Shown: positions 56,904 to 64,000 of the stretch, piece by piece | Numbering within the stretch: position 1 is the stretch's first letter | Layout of the letters: every line of letters starts with the position of its first letter | Assembly (NCBI GenBank): GCA_045626925.1 | Contig: JAZUQZ010000029.1 | Location: 94,479 to 158,478, forward strand | Direction: 5' to 3' | Origin: Candidatus Aphodoplasma sp. | Lineage (GTDB): Bacteria; Bacillota; Clostridia; UBA1381; UMGS1253 | DNA: 64,000 nucleotides | Position numbers and translations under genes: made by a program | Notes under the pieces: model-generated | Databases searched by the model: none | What the model saw: the letters and a program-made list of their open reading frames with translations, nothing else | Told to the model about the DNA's origin: nothing

Positions 56904-58052
56904 ATGAAGAAAAGTATAGCTATATTTTTGGCGTTGATTTTAGCTTTTTCAACAATTTCATATGCAAGGTCGAATGCACTCACACGCCTTGAGGCTGTTT
57001 ATACATTGGCACAGCTTTTGCCGGAAATTGGAGAAGGGATAGGCTTTGACGATACAAATGACAGAACAGTAGCGTATTTTAACAAGCTTGGCATTGTGCA
57101 GGGAACGGGGAAAAATTTATTTAAACCAAATGACCACATATTGACGCAGGATTTTCTTGTTATGCTTAAAAAAACGATAGACCGGGTATGTCCTAATTTG
57201 TTTTATGACAATCAGAGGGTGCGTTGGTATTATGACCAGAACGAAATCGAAGAATATGCCCAGAGCTATGTAAGGTTTTTGTCGACGCTCGGCATATATG
57301 ATAGTGACGGTGTTCTGATGCCGCGCAGTATAATATCGCAACATGAGGCAGACGAGTTTATAAAGCTTGCACAAAATGCTATAGAAAATGCAACAAAAAG
57401 CAGTGACGGGGAAATGTATCAGACGAAACCTCCGATTTTGATGTATCATGTTATCGGCTATCCGGGAGACATAAATAAGTATTTGTTCGTTACACCTGAG
57501 GATTTTGAAGAGCAGATAAAGTATATGTATGATAACGGTTATACCTTTCTTTTCCCAGAGGAGCTGTCGCTTGCTGACAGTGTTTCAAAACCTGTTGTAA
57601 TAACCTTTGATGATGGGTATGTGCAAACATATACAAATGCGTACAGAATACTCAAAAAGTACAATGCAAAAGCAACACTTTATATTTATACAGATGCGAT
57701 TGATAGGCATGGATATTGCAGTTCGTCACAGCTTAAAGAGATGAGCGATACATCAGTTTTCAGGATTTATTCGCACACAAAGACGCATGGCGATTTATCT
57801 CAAATGAGCACACAGGAAATTATAGAGGAATTTTCACATTCGAATGACAAAATTTACAACATTACAAAACGCGAAGTAACATCTATAGCGTATCCGTTCG
57901 GCTTTTGTGAAGGAGAGGTACTCGGTCAGGCAAAAAGATATTATAAAACCGGCTTTGCAGTAAACAAAGGTGAAGACAGCACGCATGATATAACGCGTAT
58001 GACAGTTGATGGGACTTGTTCGTTTGAAGAGTTTTTAAAACTTATAAAATAA
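56904..58052 (+). CDS. Secreted polysaccharide deacetylase (NodB homology domain) with an N-terminal SLH-like region
   Basis: Signal peptide; SLH-like FDDTNDRTVAYFNKLGIVQGTGKNLFKPNDHILTQDFLVMLKK; C-terminal ILMYHVIG...VITFDDGY...SHTKTH. Confidence 0.75.
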   Translation: MKKSIAIFLALILAFSTISYARSNALTRLEAVYTLAQLLPEIGEGIGFDDTNDRTVAYFNKLGIVQGTGKNLFKPNDHILTQDFLVMLKKTIDRVCPNLFYDNQRVRWYYDQNEIEEYAQSYVRFLSTLGIYDSDGVLMPRSIISQHEADEFIKLAQNAIENATKSSDGEMYQTKPPILMYHVIGYPGDINKYLFVTPEDFEEQIKYMYDNGYTFLFPEELSLADSVSKPVVITFDDGYVQTYTNAYRILKKYNAKATLYIYTDAIDRHGYCSSSQLKEMSDTSVFRIYSHTKTHGDLSQMSTQEIIEEFSHSNDKIYNITKREVTSIAYPFGFCEGEVLGQAKRYYKTGFAVNKGEDSTHDITRMTVDGTCSFEEFLKLIK

Positions 58053-58056
58053 AAAT

Positions 58057-58093
58057 AAGCCGCACTTTGAGTAGTGCGGCCTTTATTTTTTTA
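58057..58093. terminator. Bidirectional terminator shared by the deacetylase gene and typA
   Basis: Stem GCCGCACT / AGTGCGGC with loop TTGAGT and A/T runs on both sides. It overlaps the typA stop. Confidence 0.75.
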
Positions 58094-59911
58094 TTTTAAT
58101 TTGCTTTGCGCCTTTAGTCTGAGACTGTTATTTAATATCCGTTTACGAAGCCTAAAGTTTTCCGGTGTAACCTCTAAAAGCTCATCTTCGCCAAGAAATT
58201 CGATTGCTTCTTCAAGGCTCAGTTTCTTTGCGGGCACAAGTCTTAACGCGTCATCACTTCCTGCTGCACGAGTGTTTGTAAGCTGCTTTTTCTTACAAAC
58301 ATTTACGCTTATGTCGCCTGCCTTTGGCGATACACCAACGACCATACCCTCGTATACGGGCGTGCCCGGCTCGATAAACATTGTGCCACGCGCTTGGGCG
58401 TTAAACAGACCATAAGCGACTGCTTCTCCCGTTTCAAAGGCAATAAGAGAACCGGTGAAACGGCGTGTAATATCGCCTTTATATGGCTGATAACCGTTAA
58501 ATACTGTATTAAAGATGCCTTCGCCCTTTGTATCGGTCATAAATTCATTTCTATAGCCGAACAATCCTCGTGCAGGAATGTTATACTCTATGCGCATACG
58601 CGAGCCCTGCGGAGCCATTTGGACGAGTTCTGCTTTGCGCTGACCCATTTTCTCCATAACTGCACCAAGGCTTTCCTCCGGCACATCGATAAGAAGTTTT
58701 TCCATAGGCTCTTGAAGTTGTCCATCAATTTCCTTGAACAATACACGAGGTGTGCTTACTGCAAATTCGTACCCCTCACGGCGCATAGTTTCAATCAATA
58801 TCGAAAGGTGCATTTCACCTCTGCCGGAAACTATAAAGCTGTCTGTCGTTTCTGCATCAGCTACGCGAAGGGAAACATCTTTCAAAAGCTCGCGATACAG
58901 TCTGTCGCGGAGTTGTCTTGATGTGACAAATTTGCCCTCTTTGCCTGCAAACGGGCTATCGTTTACAGAAAAAGTCATTTCGACTGTTGGCTCGCCAATC
59001 TTTACAAATTCAACGGGCTCCGGGTTTGATGTTGATGTGAGCGTATTTCCTATTGTAATATTTTCAAGGCCTGATACGCAAACAATGTCGCCGGCACTTG
59101 CACTTTCTGTTTGTACTCTTCCTGTACCGTCGATTTGATAAATTGCGCCGACTTTTCCTTTGCCACTTATGTTTTTATCGTGAAAATCTGTAACTGAAAC
59201 CTCTTGATTTACAGTAAGCGTTCCACGCTCGATTCTACCGATTGCCAATCTGCCAACATATTCGCTATAATCAATTGCTGATATAAGCATTTGAAAATCG
59301 CCATCGGCGTCGCCGGACGGTGCCGGCAAATAGTCGACAATCATATCAAATAGCACACTAAGGTCTTTGCCGGGTGTAAATGGTGCAGCCGAAGCTGTGC
59401 CGTCGCGTCCCGAACAGAACAAAACGGGAGAATCAAGCTGTTCATCATTTGCATCAAGGTCTAATAATAATTCAAGAACCTCTTCACCAACTTCATCAAG
59501 TCGTGCGTCAGGACGGTCAATCTTATTTATAACAACAATGATTTTGTGTCCAAGAGAAAGTGCTTTTGAAAGGACAAACCTTGTCTGTGGCATAGGGCCC
59601 TCTGCTGCGTCGACAAGCAAGATGACACCATTTACCATTTTAAGCACGCGTTCAACCTCGCCTCCAAAGTCGGCATGCCCAGGCGTGTCAACGATATTGA
59701 TTTTAACACCCTTATAATATGCAGCGGCATTCTTCGATAAAATTGTGATACCGCGCTCCCTCTCAAGCGCGTTATTGTCCATTACGCGCTCCTCTACTAG
59801 CTGGTTTTCGCGATATACGCCACCTTGTTTTAAAAGCTCGTCCACAAGTGTCGTCTTGCCATGGTCAACATGGGCTATTATTGCAATGTTTCTCAAATCT
59901 TCTCTAATCAA
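58091..59911 (-). CDS. typA: Translational GTPase TypA/BipA
   Basis: 606 aa. NIAIIAHVDHGKTTLVD, DTPGHADFGGEVER, NKIDR. Confidence 0.95.
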   Translation of the reverse strand: MIREDLRNIAIIAHVDHGKTTLVDELLKQGGVYRENQLVEERVMDNNALERERGITILSKNAAAYYKGVKINIVDTPGHADFGGEVERVLKMVNGVILLVDAAEGPMPQTRFVLSKALSLGHKIIVVINKIDRPDARLDEVGEEVLELLLDLDANDEQLDSPVLFCSGRDGTASAAPFTPGKDLSVLFDMIVDYLPAPSGDADGDFQMLISAIDYSEYVGRLAIGRIERGTLTVNQEVSVTDFHDKNISGKGKVGAIYQIDGTGRVQTESASAGDIVCVSGLENITIGNTLTSTSNPEPVEFVKIGEPTVEMTFSVNDSPFAGKEGKFVTSRQLRDRLYRELLKDVSLRVADAETTDSFIVSGRGEMHLSILIETMRREGYEFAVSTPRVLFKEIDGQLQEPMEKLLIDVPEESLGAVMEKMGQRKAELVQMAPQGSRMRIEYNIPARGLFGYRNEFMTDTKGEGIFNTVFNGYQPYKGDITRRFTGSLIAFETGEAVAYGLFNAQARGTMFIEPGTPVYEGMVVGVSPKAGDISVNVCKKKQLTNTRAAGSDDALRLVPAKKLSLEEAIEFLGEDELLEVTPENFRLRKRILNNSLRLKAQSKLK

Positions 59912-60048
59912 AATATTCTACTCCCTACTTTTTTCTAAACTTTTATATTTTATCTTGAAAGCATTTAAAATTTTTTATTCTGCGAGTCGATTAAAATTAA
60001 AAAATGTATTTTTCTGCAAAGCTTCCCCTGAGAAAAACACACTTTTTG

Positions 60049-60486
60049 TTATCTTTTATATCCGCCGCTAAGCTTCGAGTCTGAGCTGCGCTTTAAAGCT
60101 TGCATCTTCTCGTCACTATCGGATTTAAATTTGTTCATTTTATCCTCAAAGGACATATCAGATTGGTCATTGCTTTGCCAATCAATATCAGCCGGTCGAA
60201 TCGGTCCACTTGGTTGCTGTTTTACAAATGTCTTTTTCGGCTTTTTTTCTTCAGGCTGCGCTTTTTTTATTGAAAGGCTTATTTTACCTTTTTCATCAAT
60301 GCTTATAACTTTGACCTTGACGGGTTGACCTTCTTTTAAATGGTCTGAAATATTTTGCACATATGAGGATGCAACCTCTGAAATATGCACAAGACCTGTT
60401 TCCCCTTCATCCAGCGCAATAAATGCACCAAAAGGTACAATGCTTGATACTTTCCCTTCATATACCTTATCGACTTCAACTGCCAT
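60049..60486 (-). CDS. yabR: S1 RNA-binding domain protein (YabR-like)
   Basis: N-terminal S1 fold VYEGKVSSIVPFGAFIAL...GLVHISEV and a charged C-terminal tail. Synteny with divIC and yabQ. Confidence 0.85.
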   Translation of the reverse strand: MAVEVDKVYEGKVSSIVPFGAFIALDEGETGLVHISEVASSYVQNISDHLKEGQPVKVKVISIDEKGKISLSIKKAQPEEKKPKKTFVKQQPSGPIRPADIDWQSNDQSDMSFEDKMNKFKSDSDEKMQALKRSSDSKLSGGYKR

Positions 60487-60545
60487 AGAAAAAATTATCC
60501 CCCTTAAAAATATCTGTCGTATAATAAAACCGATACGGTTAAAAA

Positions 60546-60866
60546 CTAGTTCTGGCCCGATATGTCTATAAACACTTTTTCGTTTTCTTCAACAAGGCCA
60601 AGCCTTTCGCGTGCAAGCTGTTTTTGATAATCCTCTGTCTCGTAGAGCTTTTTAAGCTCCTCATAATGCAACTTGTTTTTTTCTTCTTGCTCAATTTGTG
60701 CGTTTAATTCACCAATCTTGTCATCATATTTGTTCAAAAGCGGTTGTTGCACGATGAACCTTATGGCTATAAAAATGAAGAAGCCTATGAGAAGAAGGCG
60801 CAGTAATATTTTTGCATTTTTTTTGCGTTTTTTTTCGCGCAATGCTCTAACCTCTTCTCTGTTCAT
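60546..60866 (-). CDS. divIC: Septum formation initiator (FtsB/DivIC family)
   Basis: Basic N-terminus, one TM helix, coiled coil, ARERLGLV motif. AAGGAG 9 nt before the second ATG (60866). The track ORF extends to 60893. Confidence 0.85.
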   Translation of the reverse strand: MNREEVRALREKKRKKNAKILLRLLLIGFFIFIAIRFIVQQPLLNKYDDKIGELNAQIEQEEKNKLHYEELKKLYETEDYQKQLARERLGLVEENEKVFIDISGQN

Positions 60867-60889
60867 AATGCGCAACTCCTTTCGTGTGT

Positions 60890-61387
60890 TCATGACTTTC
60901 GCATAATAAGTTTAAGCTTTTTAAAGCTGTTTTTTATGCTTGAAAACAAGCCCAAAAAACTCCTGATTTTATGGTGCGAATATGCATATGCACGACAAAG
61001 TGGTTTTTTTATCATTTTATACAAAAAACCGAGCGGTGTCAAGAATATTTTGAAAATAAGTAAAAAAAACTTTATTAAAAACTGCAGTATGAAAGTTAGT
61101 ATTTTTATAAAAATTTTTGATATTGCTAAAAAGTATATAATCCCGCCGAGTATTACGCCGATTGATTCGTGCCAGCGTATCTCGCCTGCGCTTATATATA
61201 AAAGCGAAAAAAACATCCCGGCGCTTATACCAAGCCAAAACAATATGTCTTCAATAGATGTCGTAAGAAGCGATGCGCCAAAAATTTTCCTAATTATTCT
61301 AAACATGTCAAAAACTGCCCCTGCACATGCTCCGCAAAGCGTCATTGCAAGGAATACATAAAGTTGCTCGGATACGGATATTTCCAT
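60890..61387 (-). CDS. yabQ: Spore cortex biosynthesis protein YabQ
   Basis: 165-aa membrane protein. GAVFDMFRIIRK motif typical of YabQ, and a position downstream of yabP. Confidence 0.8.
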   Translation of the reverse strand: MEISVSEQLYVFLAMTLCGACAGAVFDMFRIIRKIFGASLLTTSIEDILFWLGISAGMFFSLLYISAGEIRWHESIGVILGGIIYFLAISKIFIKILTFILQFLIKFFLLIFKIFLTPLGFLYKMIKKPLCRAYAYSHHKIRSFLGLFSSIKNSFKKLKLIMRKS

Positions 61388-61398
61388 ATACTCACATC

Positions 61399-61701
61399 CT
61401 AACCGAACATTTTAGAGAAAAATGAGCCTTTTTTTCCATAGCTGCCATCGTTGTGATATACAACCTCGTCGATATCGCCATCGATTATAAGCTCACCTGT
61501 TTCTACATTGAATTTGTTGATGTGAAGATTTTCCCCTTTGACTGAAAGTGTGCCCATTGAGGTTTGAAGTATTATATCGCATTCGTCAAAGCTGTCGACA
61601 TCGTTAACGCCTGATATGCTGATTTTTGCTCTGTTTTCTATTATGATGTTTTGTACTTTCTCGTTTTGATTTTTTTGTGTGCGCTCTTCCACTAGTGGCA
61701 T
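61399..61701 (-). CDS. yabP: Sporulation protein YabP
   Basis: 100 aa: ...NIIIENRAKISISGVNDVDSFDECDIILQTSMGTLSVKGENLHINKFNVETGEL... Confidence 0.88.
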   Translation of the reverse strand: MPLVEERTQKNQNEKVQNIIIENRAKISISGVNDVDSFDECDIILQTSMGTLSVKGENLHINKFNVETGELIIDGDIDEVVYHNDGSYGKKGSFFSKMFG

Positions 61702-61768
61702 AAAAATCTCCTCCTATAAAACATAATCTATGCTTTATACATTATGAGATTTTTCGCACAAATATGAC

Positions 61769-62011
61769 TTAATTGATTATTTTATAAAGCTCTGCAGCAG
61801 CGTCTTTTAAAACATGCTCTGCAATATTTAAAACCTGGGCACGAATAATCTTTTCGCCAAAGCGGATTTCGATTATATCGTCTACTTTTACATCGTATGA
61901 TGCCTTTGCAACTTTGCCGTTTACGCTTATGCGTCCTGTGTCGCATGCTTCATTTGCAACACTTCTGCGTTTTATCAGACGCGATACCTTTAAATATTTG
62001 TCGAGTCGCAT
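61769..62011 (-). CDS. yabO: S4-domain RNA-binding protein (YabO/Hsp15-like)
   Basis: MRLDKYLKVSRLIKRRSVANEA. AAAGGTG RBS 9 nt before ATG 62011 (the track starts at GTG 62023). Confidence 0.85.
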   Translation of the reverse strand: MRLDKYLKVSRLIKRRSVANEACDTGRISVNGKVAKASYDVKVDDIIEIRFGEKIIRAQVLNIAEHVLKDAAAELYKIIN

Positions 62012-62091
62012 TATATTTACCACCTTTGTTTATTTTTATGTCAAAAAAAATAGCCCCGAGAGCAATAAGCAATCGGGGCATATCTGTGCAA

Positions 62092-62364
62092 TTAGTTTAT
62101 AGCGTCTTTTAAAGCCTTACCAACTTTGAATGCAGGAACTTTTGATGCAGGAATAGTAATCTCTTTGTTTGTCTGAGGATTTCTACCCTTTCTTGCAGCT
62201 CTTGCTCTAACTTCGAATGTACCGAAGCCAACCAATTGTACCTTCTCGCCCTTTTTAAGTGCGCTTGTGATATTAGCGATAAAAGCGTTTATTGCTTTTT
62301 CAGCATCTTTCTTTGAAATATCAGCGCTACCTGCTACATTTGCGATTAATTCAGCTTTGTTCAT
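62092..62364 (-). CDS. hup: HU family DNA-binding protein
   Basis: 90 aa: [11 protein letters not shown]..., [20 protein letters not shown]. Confidence 0.95.
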   Translation of the reverse strand: MNKAELIANVAGSADISKKDAEKAINAFIANITSALKKGEKVQLVGFGTFEVRARAARKGRNPQTNKEITIPASKVPAFKVGKALKDAIN

Positions 62365-62447
62365 TTTATATTACCTCCTAAAAATAATAGTTTCAATAAT
62401 ATCTTCTTCATATACAATTTAAATCCTTTTAAAAATTGAAAAAAATT

Positions 62448-63233
62448 TTATTTTTTTTCAATTTTTGCCTGTTGCCATATGGTTTCGAGCTCTTCGAGGG
62501 ACATTTTCGACAAAATTTGACCGTTTTGTTGTGCAAGTTGCTCTAAAACCTCAAAACGCGATATGAATTTATCTGTAGCGTGTCTAAGCATTTCTTCGCT
62601 GTTAAGCTTCAAAAAGCGTGCTACATTTACAACGGAAAAGAGCAAATCCCCAAGTTCTTCCCCGGCATTTTTAGTGTCGTTTTTTTCTATTGCTTCGTAT
62701 AGCTCGTCCGTTTCTTCACGCACTTTGTCGAGCGCTCCTGATATATCATCCCAATCAAAGCCTACATCGGCTGCCTTTTTTTGCACTTTTTGTGCGCGCA
62801 TAAGTGAAGGAAGAAAAACGATATCACGCATAGACTCTGTCTGTGATTTTAACCCTTTTTCTTTCTTTTTATTCTCTTCCCATGTACCAAGTGCTTCGTC
62901 GGCATTTGTTGCCGTATCGGAACCGAAAACATGGGTGTGCCTGTCAATCATTTTTTGGCTTATTTCGTATACTACATCGTCAAAATCAAATGCGCCGCGC
63001 TCGCTTGCAAGCTCAGCATGGAAAACTACCTGGAACAGTAAATCGCCGAGTTCATTTGCAAAAAGAGGATCGTTATTATGTTCAAGCGCATCAATCGCTT
63101 CATAAGATTCTTCAATCATACAGTTTTTAATCGAGTCGTGCGTTTGCACCATATCCCAAGGGCAACCGTTTTCGCCACGCAGCTTTTTTACTATATCAAT
63201 AAGCTCATCGATTGTATATTTTTTCTTTTGCAT
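62448..63233 (-). CDS. mazG: MazG nucleoside triphosphate pyrophosphohydrolase (tandem MazG domains)
   Basis: 261 aa. CPWDMVQTH, EESYEAIDA, ELGDLLFQV, and a second repeat EELGDLLFSVVNVAR. Confidence 0.9.
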   Translation of the reverse strand: MQKKKYTIDELIDIVKKLRGENGCPWDMVQTHDSIKNCMIEESYEAIDALEHNNDPLFANELGDLLFQVVFHAELASERGAFDFDDVVYEISQKMIDRHTHVFGSDTATNADEALGTWEENKKKEKGLKSQTESMRDIVFLPSLMRAQKVQKKAADVGFDWDDISGALDKVREETDELYEAIEKNDTKNAGEELGDLLFSVVNVARFLKLNSEEMLRHATDKFISRFEVLEQLAQQNGQILSKMSLEELETIWQQAKIEKK

Positions 63234-63262
63234 ATACGCTTCTCCTCATGTAGTGTATTTCA

Positions 63263-63937
63263 TCACATAACATATAAAAGCACCATCAAAAAGTGAAGTA
63301 TACTTCCTATTACACAGAAAATGTGAAAAACAGAATGCATCCATTTTTTGTTTTTGCCGACTTTATAAAATATTGCACCGACGGTATAGGCGATGCCGCC
63401 CGACAAAAGCAAAGCCAAAGCACCATAACCGAGAAGCTCAACAATAATGCCTATCCTTAAAATTATGCACCAACCCATAACGAGATAACATACCATAGAA
63501 AAAATGCTATATTTTTTAAGGTCGATAGAATTTAATGTTGCACCTATAATTGCCATCGCCCATATTATGCCAAATAGCACCCACCCTTCGACAGTGCTGT
63601 ACTCCCTTAGTGTGCAAAGAGCAATAGGTGTGTATGTGCCTGCAATAAGTATGTATATAGAGCAGTGGTCAATGATTTGAAACACCTTTTTTGCCATTGT
63701 TTGTGGGTTTAGTCCATGATAAATACTCGACATCGTATATAAAACGAGCATTGTAGAGCCGAAAATTGTTCCTGAAACAACGCCGTAAACATTTCCGTTT
63801 ATTGCTGCAAAAATGCTGCATAACACAATTGCAGTTATGCCGAAAGCGCCACCGACGATGTGAGAAACCATATTAAAAATTTCTTCGCCTTTTGTATATT
63901 TTGGCAAAATTCTATCCGAAAGCTTTGTTCTTTTCAT
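63263..63937 (-). CDS. Hemolysin III / PAQR family membrane protein
   Basis: 224 aa with 7 hydrophobic helices. Histidine motifs SHIVG..., YH, HSVFHIF. Confidence 0.85.
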   Translation of the reverse strand: MKRTKLSDRILPKYTKGEEIFNMVSHIVGGAFGITAIVLCSIFAAINGNVYGVVSGTIFGSTMLVLYTMSSIYHGLNPQTMAKKVFQIIDHCSIYILIAGTYTPIALCTLREYSTVEGWVLFGIIWAMAIIGATLNSIDLKKYSIFSMVCYLVMGWCIILRIGIIVELLGYGALALLLSGGIAYTVGAIFYKVGKNKKWMHSVFHIFCVIGSILHFLMVLLYVM

Positions 63938-64000
63938 AAATATCTCCTCACAATCCGTTTATTTCATAATATGTGCTTTTGTAAGTAATGTATAAATTTT

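Noticed and set aside
1-64000. CRISPR arrays, rRNA genes, IS elements with inverted repeats, riboswitches, retron or other defence-system signatures
   Set aside because: I scanned the intergenic regions by eye. I found no spaced direct-repeat arrays, no rRNA-like stretches, no transposase ORFs, and no leader long or structured enough to assign. Absence cannot be proven without covariance-model and HMM searches.

Overview
This is a low-GC Firmicutes chromosome segment. It looks like a spore-forming member of the Clostridia, because yabP, yabQ, divIC and a SpoVD-like PBP are present. Almost all of it is conserved housekeeping DNA in familiar synteny. From left to right: a divergent type IIA topoisomerase B/A pair; tRNA-Leu; a DUF368 membrane protein; tRNA-Gly; rpsU-yqeY; tex; tRNA-Thr and tRNA-Asp; the rnfCDGEAB operon; and an M23 peptidase. 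Next comes the yicC-remA-gmk-rpoZ-coaBC-priA-def-fmt-rsmB-rlmN-stp-prkC-rsgA-rpe-thiN block. It is followed by a dcw cell-division cluster running from mraZ to ftsZ, then ppdK, an aminotransferase with trpS, a tagO-mnaA-SLH/deacetylase wall-polymer trio, typA, and the yabR-divIC-yabQ-yabP-yabO-hup-mazG block. The only clearly accessory DNA is a roughly 3 kb decayed integrative element at 8271-11326, inserted into the 3' half of tRNA-Thr. It is bounded by a 46-nt direct repeat of the tRNA 3' end. It carries the C-terminal stub of a tyrosine recombinase, a 5'-truncated and frameshifted multi-module 'polyvalent protein' gene whose ADP-ribosyltransferase domain keeps an intact R / S-T-S / E-x-E catalytic signature, and two small RBS-bearing ORFs of different base composition. 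I found no intact multi-gene novel system, CRISPR array, rRNA gene or recognisable riboswitch. Smaller points worth a second look are three 10-bp-phased AAGTG MraZ boxes overlapping the dcw promoter, an rsgA gene whose conserved N-terminus has no canonical start codon, a dcw cluster lacking murD and ftsA but containing murA, and a mini-ORF bridging a distant RBS to rpe. All calls come from reading the sequence and from motif memory. No database search was run.
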